A stretch of DNA of 64,000 nt from Octopus sinensis. Taxonomy: Eukaryota. The notes below the pieces were generated by a model. It was not told the DNA's origin. It saw only the letters and a program-made list of their open reading frames with translations, and searched no databases. The translations under genes were made by a program, and so were the position numbers. The stretch lies in assembly GCF_006345805.1 (NCBI RefSeq), contig NC_043003.1:53878001-53942000 (forward strand). The letters are read 5' to 3'. Positions 1-13,385 of the stretch are shown here, in pieces; positions within the stretch are counted from its first letter, which is position 1, and each line of letters starts with the position of its first letter.

Positions 1-154
1 GAACAGAATAGAAAGTGTTCAAATATACAGTATGGCAGCTGCATCTATGCCCAGTCAAGAATTTTAAGATCTAGTTCCTCGCCGTTGATTTGCTGATGTG
101 AAAAACGAAACTTTCTCTTATTTTCATGTAAATGAATACATAAATTAATCATAT

Positions 155-252
155 TAAGTATGTCTACCTGCTGGAAATAACACTCAAAATTCTTATTTAA
201 ATCAATTTAAATAAGAGTTTTGACTGTTATTTCCAGCAGGTAGACATACTTA
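155..252. repeat. Near-perfect ~98-bp hairpin (fold-back)
   Basis: taagtatgtctacctgctggaaataacactcaaaattcttatttaaat - ca - atttaaataagagttttgactgttatttccagcaggtagacatactta; 48-bp arms with 2 mismatches. Confidence 0.9.
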
Positions 253-739
253 GTATGTCCTTTGATTAATTTTTGATCAATCTTTCAGCTATGTAATGCC
301 TTTTTGGGGCCTGCAATCGCCTATGTTATTGATTCTGTTATTATCATTTTTAAATTGTTATACTAGATAATAATAGAGTCAATGATATCTTTGCAAATTA
401 TGTTTCCATAAATTATTTTTCTCGCGAATTATTAATTGCTCCGTAAATGAATAATAGAAAACTGTTCATTTGTCTTCTTTTTGAATTGCAAAAAGCTGAA
501 TCTACAGTCGCTACTTGGTGTGCTTAACTGTCGTTCTCTTTTTCTACAGACTTTGTCAATTGTGAATTACCACAGTCTGCGTGTGAATCATGCCACTGGT
601 GTCAACATATACCCTGTGAGATTCAGGTACAACTTTACATGAGGGACTTTCTTTTATTATATACATCAAATATTACCTTCCGAACAGATCAAAACATTGT
701 GAAATTCTGAGTTGCAGAAAGAGCAAAACATCAACTATT

Positions 740-741
740 TA

Positions 742-834
<93 letters not shown>

Positions 835-862
835 GTCTGTCTGTCATCTGTCTGTCTGTCTG
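740..862. repeat. (TATC)n/(TGTC)n microsatellite
   Basis: direct reading. Confidence 0.95.
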
Positions 863-956
863 ATTGCCTACCTGCCTTCCTACCTTCCTGCCTATTTGAC
901 TGCCTGTTTGTTTGTCTGTGTTATCTTTATTTAGAACCTCCTTCAATCATTATACT

Positions 957-1234
957 GCGGACCTGCTGTCGAACAGCCTTGAAGAATTTTAGTCGAACGA
1001 ATTAACCCCAGTATTTATTTATTTCTATTTTTCTAAAGCCTAGAGACAAATGCACTCACTCACACACATACGATGGGCTTCTTTCAGTTTCCGTCAACCA
1101 AATTCACTCACAAGGCTTTAGTCGGCCCGAGGCAAAAGTAGAGGATACTTACCCAAAGTGCCACGTTGTGGAACTGAACCTGGAAACATGTGGTTGGGAA
1201 GTAAACTTCTTACCACACAGCCACGCCTGCGCCT
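957..1234 (-). mobile_element. tRNA-derived SINE family A (CORE-like), internally deleted copy
   Basis: reverse complement of head AGGCGCAGGCGTGGCTGTGTGGTAAGAAG..GGTTCAGTTCCAC..; matches copies at 2826-3206 and 4977-5387. Confidence 0.85.
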
Positions 1235-1345
1235 ATCATGTATCTGTATGTATGTATGTATGTATGTATGTATGTATGTATGTATGTATGTATGTATGTA
1301 TGTATGTATGCATGTATGTATGTATATATATATATATGTATATAT

Positions 1346-1652
1346 ATCACGTGATCACGTGACCGACCAGACCATCAGATGTTGTTACACATCGCTGGTC
1401 ACAATGCGTTCGCATTGTTTTAACCTTCGAATGACGCCACCCCGCCGGCTAAGCGAGCAGGCCAACAGAAGAAAGAGTGGGAGAAAGAGTGGTGAAAGAG
1501 TACAGCAGGGATCACCTCCCCCCTGCCGGAGCCTCGTGGAGCTTTTAGGTGTTTTCGCTCAATAAACACACACAACGCCCGGTCTGAGAATCGAAACCGC
1601 GATCCTGCGACCGCGAGTCCGCTGCCCTAACCACTAGGCCATTGCGCCTCCA
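1346..1652 (-). mobile_element. tRNA(Arg-like)-derived SINE family B, full length
   Basis: minus strand TGGAGGCGCAATGGCCTAGTGGTTAGG (A box) .. GGTTTCGATTC (B box); ends in GTCACGTGATCACGTGAT; flanked by (TA)n; homologous to 16321 and 32647. Confidence 0.85.
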
Positions 1653-1761
1653 TATATATATATATATAGTGTAATAAATAAAATATATGCATACATACAA
1701 ACATATATGTACGTACCGACATCTACATGTATATATACATGCATATATAAATATATATATA

Positions 1762-2027
1762 CGTACAGGACATCACAGGAAGACGAAAAAATCAACAGAA
1801 CGAAAACGGAAAAGACATTTTGTTACAGCAGAAGGACAGAGACGTGGAACAAGACGAAACGAAAACGAAAACGGGAAAAACAATTATGTGCAACAGAAAA
1901 ACGAAGTACAGGACATGCTACACAAGGAAAAATCCCCTTCATCAGCTGTCGCTAGCAGACACGTGTTTCGAAGGCAGAGACAGAACACGTAAGGTCAAGC
2001 TAGGCCTTCCTACGAGAGAATTAAAAT

Positions 2028-2030
<3 letters not shown>
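1762..2030 (-). mobile_element. PLE-terminus-like non-coding element with permuted hammerhead half-motifs
   Basis: (TA)n-flanked; minus strand GCCTTC-GAAACACGTGTC-TGCTAGCGACAG-CTGATGA-AGGGG at 1934-1975. Confidence 0.5.
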
Positions 2031-2067
<37 letters not shown>

Positions 2068-2088
2068 TACACGCACATACATACATTT

Positions 2089-2131
<43 letters not shown>

Positions 2132-2260
2132 ACTGCTGTACTGTATATTTTAGTTTTATGCATACACATTAGCAATTCGCTAAATCATCCATAGATTTCT
2201 ATGATGGAAACATATACACAGACAGAGGAGTAAGTCCAAAATCTGCCGAAGTAGAGCCAG

Positions 2261-2311
2261 TTCTTACTGATGAAGCAGCGGAAATTGCCGAAACTGAATT
2301 CAGTATAAGGA
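2261..2311 (+). ncRNA. Type I hammerhead ribozyme motif
   Basis: stem I TTCTTA/TAAGGA; CTGATGA 2267-2273; stem II GCAG/TTGC after an A.C mismatch; GAAA 2290-2293; palindromic stem III ACTGAATTCAGT; cleavage triplet GUA (H=2305). Confidence 0.85.
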
Positions 2312-2669
2312 ATTCTCGAACGGCATTTTCGGACGATTATAGTTCCTGTCCGTATATATGTATACAATTTTGCGTTTTGACTACAGCATATAACATTTTA
2401 ACTCTTATTTCTAGCAGTATAGGTGTTTCTGACAGCCTAGGCGCGTTTAGTGACAATTATAGTTTTCGTTTTTGGTAAACATTGCAAACTACCGTATTTA
2501 TTAATTATATATGTGTGTGTGTATGTGTATATATATATATATAATATATATATATATATTATAATATATGCACATACATACATACATACACACATACATA
2601 CATACATACATACATACATACATACATACATACATACATAGAGACAGACAGACAAAGAGACGAGCACTC

Positions 2670-2794
2670 CCACATGACTCCGTGTTCAGTCCCACTGCGT
2701 GACATTTTGGATAAGTGTCTTCTGCTATAGACTCGAGCCGATCAAGGCCTTGTGAATGGAATGTGGTAGATGGAAACTGAAAGAAACCCTGTCG

Positions 2795-2796
<2 letters not shown>
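2670..2796 (+). mobile_element. SINE family A, 5' part
   Basis: CCACATG..GTTCAGTCCCACTGCGTG..GGAAACTGAAAGAA..GTCGTA. Confidence 0.8.
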
Positions 2797-2825
<29 letters not shown>

Positions 2826-2826
<1 letters not shown>

Positions 2827-3206
2827 ATTTTATTCTTCTGTTTGTTTCAGTCATTTGACTGCGGCCATGCTGGAGAACTGCCTTTAGTCGAACAAATTCA
2901 CCTCAGGACTTATTCTTTGTAAGTCTAGTACTTATTTATCGATATCTTTTGCCAAACTGCTATGTTACGGGGACGTAAACACATCAGCATCGGTTGTCAA
3001 GTGATGGTGGGGGACAAACACAGACAAACAAACACACATATACGACGGGCTTCTTTCAGTTTCCATCTACTAAATCCACTCACAAGGCTTTGGTCGGCCC
3101 AAGGCTAAAGTAGAAGACACTTGGCCAAGGTGCCACGCGGTGGGACTGAACCAGGAACCATGTAGTTGGTAAGCAAGCTACTTATCACACCGCCACTCCT
3201 GCGCCT
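2826..3206 (-). mobile_element. SINE family A, full length
   Basis: head AGGCGCAGGAGTGGCGGTGTG.., CORE-like CCTTGG.CAAGTGTCTT, tail CCAGCATGGCCGCAGTCAAATGACTGAAAC. Confidence 0.9.
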
Positions 3207-3229
3207 ATACTTTACCACACAGCCGATCA

Positions 3230-3460
3230 TGTGTGTGTTTGTGTGCGTGTGTGTCTGTGTTTGTCCCACACGACCGCTTGATAAGCGTTGTTGGGATGTT
3301 TACGTTCCCGTTTGGCAAAAAAGTGCCTGAAAGAATTATTATTAGGCTACAAAAACCCCCCAAAAAATAATAAAAACAAAAACATTACTGGCATCGATTC
3401 ACTCAACGAAAATTCTCCAAACCAAGGCCTCAGCATGGCCGCACTCTACTCGAGGAACCA
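3230..3460 (+). mobile_element. SINE family A, 3' half (diverged)
   Basis: GTGTTTGTCCC..GCTTGA..TTTACGT.CCCG..CAGCATGGCCGCA. Confidence 0.7.
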
Positions 3461-4202
3461 AATTTTATGTATACATATTAGTCCACTACCAATAAGATGA
3501 TGATGTGACTAAAAGAAAAAAAATCGACAGAAGATCTTTAGTAAAATAAAAAAAAAATATATATCGATTTTATCGGAAACAAATTTTGTTTATATAGACA
3601 TTTTAAGTGATTGTAGCTTCCTCTGTTGTTGACTTTATTTCTAACATAAACACATACGCGCATGCGCATGCACATACACATACACATGCATGCGCACACA
3701 CTCTCATGCACATAGAAATATGCTTGCAAACTCTTACATACAAGCATTCGTGTAGCATCAGATCATTAATGTTGTTTGATCCTTGAAGCTTCTTTTATTA
3801 CGCACATAAATATACATAAATACTCCCACACATATACGGACATAGAGCATCCCCCCTCTCTCTCTGTGTCTTTGTCTCTCTCTCTCTCTCTCATACATAC
3901 ACACACACACTTATTTACAAACACGCACAGCTACTTGGTAGTTGAAATTAAATATTTGCGATTAAAATTCCTTGAAGTTTACGGGAGTTTCTGTATGAGT
4001 GTACGAATTATTATGTGTATACAGAAGGCAAAATTTTCACCCAAATTGCTCATTGAAGATTTTCAAAAATTTCTCGACATATTGAATAAACATATTCCGA
4101 GGTCCATTTTGTTGACTAGAAAGTGAGCAAGAAATATGATGATCACGGCCAGAACGCCTTTGATCACATGTTTATTTAATCATGGTTGAATCTGGTGCTA
4201 GA

Positions 4203-4620
4203 TATCATCATCATCATCATCGTTGTCATCGTCATCGTCAATGTCGTCGTCATCATCATCACCTTTACCATCATCGTCATCCCGATCTTTATCATCGTCA
4301 TCATCACCGTCATCATCGTAGTTGTCCATTTCCTCCTCCTCCTTCACCTTCTCCTCCTCCTCCTCCTTTTCCTCGTCCTCGTCCTCCTCGTCCTCCTCGT
4401 CCTCCTCGTCCTCCTCGTCCTCCTCCTCCTCGTCCTCCTCGTCCTCCTCCTCGTCCTCCTCGTCCTCCTCCTCGTCCTCCTCGTCCTCCTCGTCCTCCTC
4501 CTCGTCCTCCTCCTTTTCCTCCTCCTCCTCCTCCTCCTTTCCCTCCCCTCCTTTCCCTCCTCCTCCTCCTCCTCACCACCCTCTTCTTCCGTCTCTTCCT
4601 CCCCCACCCTCTTCTCCATC
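4203..4620. repeat. (CAT)n then (CCT/CGT)n trinucleotide low-complexity tract
   Basis: direct reading; source of the poly-H, poly-P, poly-S and poly-R ORFs. Confidence 0.95.
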
Positions 4621-4621
4621 C

Positions 4622-4835
4622 CTGTGTGTGTATTTGTGTCTTTGTCCCCTACCACTGCTTGACAATCGGTGTTGGTATATTTACATCCCCGTAGCTAGCG
4701 GTTCAGCAAAATAGACGGACAAAATAAGTACCAGGCTTAAAAAAAGGACTGGGATCGAGTAATTCGACTGAAAATTCTTGAAAGCGATGCCCCAGCATGG
4801 CCGCAGTCTAGTGACTAAAACAAGTAGTAAATAAG
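4622..4835 (+). mobile_element. SINE family A, 3' half
   Basis: TTTGTCCCC..GCTTGACAATCGGTGTTGG..CCCCAGCATGGCCGCAGTCTAGTGACT. Confidence 0.8.
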
Positions 4836-4976
4836 TTTAAAATATAGAAGCTCTCTCCTTTTCTCGTGCCTTTCCACCGACTTTGAATTGGGTTTTGTAG
4901 AATTTATATATTCAAGTCACTTCTATTCGAGCAGACCCATGATCAGATCTTTTCCTATCGTAATTTTTAAAGAGAC

Positions 4977-5387
4977 CTTACTCTTTTACTCTTTTATTTG
5001 TTTCAGTCATTTGACTGCGGCCATGCTGGAGCACCGCCTTTAGTCAAGCAAATCGACCCCGGGACTTATTCTTTGTAAGCCCAGTACTTATTCTATCGGT
5101 CTCTTTTGCCGAGCCGCAAAGTGACGGGGACGTAAACACAGCAGCATCGGTTGTCAAGGCAATGCTAGGGGGACAAACACAGACACACAAACATATACAC
5201 ACACTTATATATATATATACATATATACGACGGCTTCTTTCAGTTTCCGTCCGTCTACCAAATCCACTCACAAGGCATTGGTCGGCCCGGGGCTATAGCA
5301 GAAGACACTTGCCCAAGATGCCACGCAGTGGGACTGAACCCGGAACCATGTGGTTGGTTAGCAAGCTACTTACCACACAACCACTCC
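4977..5387 (-). mobile_element. SINE family A, near full length, little diverged
   Basis: complete head, body and tail with (GAGTAAAA) tail repeats. Confidence 0.9.
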
Positions 5388-6064
5388 AGACATTGCTGTT
5401 ATTATTAACATAATAAGCGATCATATGTATGCTCTCTTTTTAGTTCCTAAATTTTTGGTTTAGAGAGAAAATTCAACGTAGCTTGGGAAATGACAGAAAT
5501 AAATAACTGTGAAGATAGTATCACCTTGATTCAATCATAGTTGAAATATATGTGGCAAAGTTTGAAGAGCAAAATCCTTTCAATGGAATTAGATGAGGAA
5601 ATTGATAGTTTTGCATAACGGTAGAACATATATAGAAATTTGTGTTTTCATCAGTAATTCATTTAATTAATTAATCAGACTGAAAATTCTTCCTTTGTTA
5701 TTTTATATGTAGTCTTCGACACTAGAATCCACTGAGGTTTGTTTTATATTTGGGTCTTTTGACCTTTTTGAAAGTCAATATTTTCTTATAAAGTCAATTT
5801 AATTGTTGACACTAATCAGAGAAAAACAAATCTGTGTTTGCTGGAGTAATTTATTACAATAATTGTCGAAAGATAGATAATCTTAAAGCTCTATTAAAAC
5901 CAAATCTACAAGAATTACATTGAAGTTAAGTAAATGATTTGCCTTACAAAGTTTAGATTTATTTATATTATTAGACTATCAGTGATCATTTGTTCAAATG
6001 TGAATGTCGAGTGTTATGAAAAATTTATCGTTAGAGCACTCATCTCTTGAGAATACGGTGATGG

Positions 6065-6260
6065 CTATGAAGCTAGCGAGTTGTTAGAGACTCGGTTTGA
6101 ATGTCTTGTATTTGTCCTGGCTTTCTGAGTTCAAATCCCACCGAAGTAAACTTTTCCTGTCATTCTTTGGAGGCGGTTAAATAAAATAGTATATAGTCAC
6201 ATATTGGATTCGTTTCTTTTCTTCTTTCCTCCCTACCCCACTCTCTCTTATAATTTGCTT
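6065..6260 (+). mobile_element. Old Nin-domain-like SINE (family D) copy
   Basis: CTGAGTTCAAATCCCACCGAAGTAAACTTT.CCT.TCATTCTTT..GG.. resembles the family D sequence. Confidence 0.5.
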
Positions 6261-7959
6261 ACACCGATAAGATGGTAGCTTGTAAATAGCAGTCAAGAAA
6301 AAACAACTGGCAACCATCGTTGTATTTTCCAATCAAAATTCCATAACTAACATATGTTGCTTGTCAAAGAAGTCACTAGGGTGGTTCTACAACCTAATGC
6401 CGCATCCTTTCCTTTACATGTTTGCTAGTAATAAATACATCAAACTGACTTGTTCTTTGTCAAGGATGTTCTTTAGTTCAAATTACGCATTCTTCGAAAT
6501 GCTTTTATCAAATTAGACGCTATCAAAATAATTATGCCTGATCACTTTAAGAAAAGAACTTTATATAAACGGTCACTTCAGTGATGATGCCATGTCATCC
6601 GAAAATGATATAAACAGTCTGCAAGTATTGCCTATCAAACCGCATACACTAATTCTCATTTTCAAAAATGAACTAAGGGAAATAACTGAGACTGATCAGT
6701 AGTAAGTCGATGAACAACATAGACAAATGCATGTATATCAAACACCATACAGAATAAATTCTTGATTTATTAAAATTATCTCTGACATTAGAGGTTGTGT
6801 CACAATTACCAAATGGCAATTAAAACCAAGACCATATGAACTGGGGCGATAATCTCAAGAATCAAGAATTCTCCGAAAGCTAACATGCTGTTAAGGAAAA
6901 GGAGTGACATTTTGTCTGGAGATAAGAGAATTGAGGACATGTGTTTAAATTATGCAAAATATCCTGGCAAAATAGCGTTCTTCTCTTCGTTTTGTACATG
7001 TCTATGTCCCTTGGCTACTGGAAATAAGTTCATTGCTCACATTCACACACACTCACGCACACACAAACACACCCAAACGCACATACTCACACCTACACGA
7101 CCACACAAATATGCACTAACAGCTCACTATATTTATTAGCGACTGCGGCAGCATTAACACCCAGAGGTAATATCTCCACTTAAACGTGGAGTTTCTGTTA
7201 GAACAAACCGTACTACGGAGTTATCACGAGAAAAAACTCTCATATTGGCTTTTGGTGCAAAATGCACTCTTGTTTATATTACTAGCGGGGAGATAAATCC
7301 CCCCACCTCCAGCTCCGAGAGCACCACATCACGTGCTTTCGGTCTTCCTTGGCCCTGTCAATGATGGACGCTCGATCATTTGAGATAGCTGAATCGCTGT
7401 CAGTCAGTAGTACTACGAAAACCTTCATGCATGAAGAAGGATACATCGAGACACACTTAGCTGTGAATTGCTATAGCTTAGTCTTTAATTTACCTTCATT
7501 TTCCGGATGAGGTTTGAATTAGGGGATACGCATCAACAATGATAAAAAAGAAAAACACTAAAAAACAATAACAAATACTCAAAAGATCCCTGAATATTTG
7601 ATCTAGCAAGAAATACATTGCACCGCTCCCCGTTAGCTTTTCAGATAAATTATATTCGATGGAGTTATTCTTACTTTTAATGTAATCAACTTATAAGAAA
7701 ACAACAAGTATAGAAACACACCCAAGTGCATTTGTCTGTTTAAGTTTTTCTTCGGTATAAATCAGAAGAAATCTGATTAGCAAGAAGTTAGCTTCTTCAG
7801 CACTAATCTAATGATGTCGGCACTTTGACATTTAGATTTCCACCTAGCAGCGTCTAAAGATCCGTTAGAAAAATCCAGTCCGTACGACCTTTTATTTCAT
7901 GTAATTCTAAGATCACAAACAATGTCATATTACTGTTATTTATCTTATTAGTGTCACTT

Positions 7960-7981
7960 CATACATATATATATTATATAT

Positions 7982-8033
<52 letters not shown>

Positions 8034-8102
8034 TAGGTATATATATATATATAGATATATATTATTATATATGTATATATACACACATATATATATATAT
8101 AC

Positions 8103-8152
<50 letters not shown>

Positions 8153-8209
8153 TATATATATATATATAAATTATATATACATATATATATATATATATGT
8201 ACGTATAGG

Positions 8210-8242
<33 letters not shown>

Positions 8243-8430
8243 CATTATATATATGTACGTATAGGTATAATATATATAATATATATTAACATCAGTATCT
8301 ACATATACATAAAATACAGCATATAATTATATATATTATATGTATGTATGATAGTATGTATGTATATATATATATACATACACCACACATATGTCTATAT
8401 CTATATATATATACTATATATATATATATA
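7960..8430. repeat. Compound (TA)n microsatellite
   Basis: direct reading. Confidence 0.95.
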
Positions 8431-8566
8431 TGCACCTACGTACAGCGTATGTGTGTCTGTATGTCTGTGTGTTGCGTATGTATGAATTTGTAAGTGTATT
8501 ACTTTTGCACAGGTTATTGTTTGCTTAACAGTTGTTCCGCCACAGTTTCCTTGTTTTCTTTTCTTC

Positions 8567-8665
8567 GTCATCATCATCATCTCAATCATCATCATCATCA
8601 CCACCATCATCACCATCACCATCACCCTCATCACCATTCATCATCATCTTCATCACCATCACCAC

Positions 8666-8733
<68 letters not shown>

Positions 8734-8765
8734 CCATCATCACCATCATCGCTATCATCATCAAG
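8567..8765. repeat. (CAT)n microsatellite
   Basis: direct reading. Confidence 0.95.
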
Positions 8766-8977
8766 ACAATCATTATAATGGAACACATTTCTATTCCGAT
8801 AAATATCATTATCAGCCTGTCGCTTTCTCTTTCAAATTCTACTTTCCTACACCTTTCATCTTTCGTCTTCTTTCACTTTGGACTTCTTGTCTTTATGATT
8901 TATGTTACACCAACTCATTATGTATATACATAGATATACATGAATGTGTGGTTGTATATAAAACGTATATAACGTGG

Positions 8978-9059
<82 letters not shown>

Positions 9060-9231
9060 AAATATATATATATATAATGATGTGAGATATATATTATATA
9101 TAAACAAATATACATGCATACATACACACATACTCACGTATGTGTATATGTTTGTAAATATATATTTTTTATTTGTAGTATTTGTCTCTTGTGTTTCTCT
9201 GTTGTGCTGCTTTGTTATTGATTTCATTCAC

Positions 9232-9510
9232 AATTCTTCTCTTCTTCTTCTTCTTCTTCTTCTTCTTCTTCTTCTTTCTCTCCATCGTCATCATCATCCT
9301 TGTTATTGTTGTCCTATATTATATTATCCATCCATGCATCTCTTTATCCATCCATCCATCCATCCATCCATCCATCCATCCATCCATCCATCCATCCACC
9401 CATCTATCCAGCCATCCATCCATCCACCCATCCATCCACCCATCCATCCATCCATCCACCCATCCATCCATCCATCCATCCATCCATCCATCCATCCATC
9501 CATCCATCCT
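9232..9510. repeat. (CTT)n and (CCAT)n microsatellites
   Basis: direct reading. Confidence 0.95.
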
Positions 9511-10141
9511 TCTTACGCTCACACACACACATACACACACACACATATTTAATGCACTTGACCCCACTGAATGGCACTGCTTAGGTGTCGAAACCTTAGT
9601 GATATCTGTTTGGCAGCTGATGACAGGAACACGTATTTGCTATGCTTGTGTGTGGATTTTTATGTCTTAGTCTTTTTTATACATATATTCATGTCGTGCA
9701 TCTTGAATAGTAAGGGGATTGCGATTCTCGTTGACGGGCCCTAATATATTACTTCAGTCACTTAATTCAGGACGAGTAAATTCCGTGGTCAAAAGTTGTG
9801 ATGTCCCTTAGGTGTAGTGGTTAGCACAACTATGTTTAATAGTAGCTTCGATGTAGTGGTTATCAAAGCTAAACTGTTTACAGTGGACGCAGTGTTCAAC
9901 TCTCGCAAGCGAAATAACGATAGAGGTGGTTGTGGCATTGGTGAAGTCTGTTGCAGTGCTTTGTGGTGACGTTGAAGAAAAATATAGTGAAAGCAATACT
10001 AGCAGAAGAAACAATATATATATACATACACACACACACGTATATATATACACTCAACCCAATGTATGTTCTAGTGTCTATGACTAAGTGTCTCGTTTGC
10101 CGGAGATTAAGCTATCGAATGCGTGTCTGTATATTTATATA

Positions 10142-10219
<78 letters not shown>

Positions 10220-10387
10220 AATGTACTGTTCCCTGAAGAAAGTTCTGCAAAAAAATCCCATTTGGTGAGAGATAAATATTTATTTAAAAGTCACATTAAA
10301 TATGAAACTATTAGTAGCGCTTTAATACAGGTATTGTACCATTTAAATAAATAAATAAATAAATAATATATATATATATATATATAT

Positions 10388-10670
10388 GAATACTGAGAGA
10401 GATACGACTCTATGCCCTGGAGCGAAGATGGGATAGGTATACAGTGATATATGTGTGGAAGATACCGGAGGGGCTTGCACCAAACTTTGGAATTGAGAAT
10501 TATGCCAGAGCTCGAATTGGACGTCACTGCACTGTTACAAAAGTCCCAGTTGTCTCATCTAAGGCGAGAACCATGTACTGCAGTAGCTTGTGATTCAGTG
10601 TTCCGCATCCATTTAAATTGAATAACTAGAGTTAAGAGGAAGGAATGCGTTTAGATAGCTCTTTAATAAA
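10388..10670 (+). pseudogene. CR1-group LINE ORF2 C-terminal relic
   Basis: translates RLYALERRWDRYTVIYVWKIPEGLAPNFGI..GRHC.V, similar to LYSLQRRRERYIICMMWKIF in the CR1-like element at 41.1 kb. Confidence 0.75.
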
Positions 10671-11223
10671 CACTACACATCATTCGATTCAACATAGACC
10701 CATCTATACACAGGATTTAAATTAAGCAACGGTTTACCTGTATAATGGGATCCAGTTGTATCTTCTCAGGTGATATATAATCTTTGTCACCGTTAGTAAA
10801 TCTTTGACTTTATCCAACTGGCTCTTTTGAATTTAGTAGACACTGGCAGTTCCATTCGGCTCGCTGTCAAAGGGCCTCTACACGCTCGACATGAGCGGAA
10901 TTATATACATTGGCTGTCCACTTTGTTTCGCATGTTAGGTTGCACATGCTAAATTTTATTATTTCTCAAATACACCCACACATACGCTCATACATATACA
11001 ATCACTGACACACATATACATACACTATATCTCTGGGCGTCCCCATACGCACATACACACACAAATACATACATACGTACGTATATACACACATGCACCC
11101 CACCACACGTTGCGATCAACAAACACATTCACACCCGTACATAGACGCACATACATATATCTACCCATATTCATGCACATAGGTATATCGTTGTGCACTC
11201 CATCATATATAAACGCACACCCT

Positions 11224-11262
<39 letters not shown>

Positions 11263-12089
11263 GTGAGACGGAAAGGATGGACGTTGTGAAATAGAATAGT
11301 AATTATTATAATTTTTATATATATAAACATAAATTTACATACACATATATATACACACACATTTATACAAATATACGAATAGTATGAAATGTTGATAAAG
11401 AGGAGCATGCGGCAATCACAGTAAGCCCCCACCCATTCAGAATCGGCTATCAGTATACCAAGCAATCAATTAAAATATAGTGTAAAGTAATGAGTCCGCG
11501 TATTTAAAACGTCGAGAGAAACCCAGAGATAAATTTTTCAATGAGTAATAAATAAAGCATGCAGTCAGAAGGTGTGAAAGGGGATGATAAATTTATTTGC
11601 CCTTACGCCTTCCATTTGATTACAGCCGTTCCGCAATGTTTTTCACGCAGTATTAACTTTTGTACGGTAAAATTAAATGTACATGTTTGCACAAAGTGTA
11701 TGACCCAACATTATACAATACAATTGAATATTTACAAATTATTGCAAATAAAGAAAGCTAACTCATCAGAAAAATGCAGCATCATAGCTGCATCTGCAAT
11801 TCAATTCTGAATGTGTTTATGTGCGTATGAAGACGTACATGCTAGAACATATGCACGCGTCTTTATATATATATATATTATACACATGTATGTATAGAAC
11901 ATGAATACATAGGCACAACCTGAAATAAGCATGAGGGCCGAGTTTAAAATAATTTTCATTTCGAAAAATTTTTTATTTGTATTGAGTAAATGTTTTCCGA
12001 TAACAAAACTAAACATTATCAGAATAAATACATTTATTATTATATATTTATATTCCGTTGAAAACCAACGCAGAAAACGATACCAAAAA

Positions 12090-12108
12090 ACAACACACAC
12101 CACGCAAT

Positions 12109-12139
<31 letters not shown>

Positions 12140-12140
12140 C

Positions 12141-12176
<36 letters not shown>

Positions 12177-12217
12177 CACACACACACAGACACACGTACA
12201 CACACAGACACACAAAG

Positions 12218-12258
<41 letters not shown>

Positions 12259-12476
12259 CACAGAGGAACACAATTGCGTACACACATACACAGAATGTTA
12301 AAAGGAAATGTGACAAAATCGCCATAAACTTTCTATCAAAAGTGCTATAATTTCAATTTTCGGGGAGAAATGGTAAAGCATTATATATATTTTATTAAAA
12401 AAAATCTATATGTAGTCTTCCATGTTTCTGCTTTTTATTATTATTATTATTATCATTATTATTATTATTATTATTA

Positions 12477-12507
<31 letters not shown>

Positions 12508-12565
12508 ATTATTATTATTATTATTATTATTGTTATTTTTATCGTTACTGTTATTGTTGTTATTA

Positions 12566-12632
<67 letters not shown>
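12090..12632. repeat. (CA)n and (ATT)n microsatellites
   Basis: direct reading. Confidence 0.95.
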
Positions 12633-12813
12633 TTAACGCATTATATTCTATTACGTCAAAGAGTATTATTATGAATTGAAACTTGATGCTTTATAACTAC
12701 TTGCGTTTCACTATGTTCCACAGCATTGTTTTACTGTGCAACGCCCGCGCGCGTGTTTTGTATACCTGAGTGTGTGTGTGTGTATGTGTGAATATGTATG
12801 TTCGCGCACACAC

Positions 12814-12852
<39 letters not shown>

Positions 12853-12903
12853 GTATGTGTGTCTGTGTGCATGTATTTCTGCATATTCACACACACACAC
12901 ACA

Positions 12904-12935
<32 letters not shown>

Positions 12936-13154
12936 TCGCCCGCGCACACATATGTGCACATACATACAAACATATTTAAATTAACCTGTTTATTTATTAA
13001 TGCCTACATACATATATTGATACACACGCACACACACACACATATATATGTATATATGTATGTATGTATCTATATATATATATACATATACATACGCATT
13101 CACTCTCAGATATTTTCATGCATAAAACCATATATGCATACATAAATACAAGCG

Positions 13155-13185
<31 letters not shown>

Positions 13186-13385
13186 TATATATGCACAAAT
13201 ACTACGCATACATATATACTTACATATTCAGACATACGTAGATAAAAAAACATCCTCAAATACATAAACACTCCTACGTGCTCATATACATATGAATATG
13301 TTGTATGAAAGTGGTTTTGTGTGAATTCGTTTTCGTACGGATGAATTTAAAGCAGGCTTAAATTATATATACGCACATACATACA

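Noticed and set aside
93-116. CTGATGT..GAAAC hammerhead-like motif
   Set aside because: A9 is missing and there is no stem II or stem I
6520-6620. Possible Gypsy integrase zinc-binding relic (IIMP..GH)
   Set aside because: Too degenerate to support by eye
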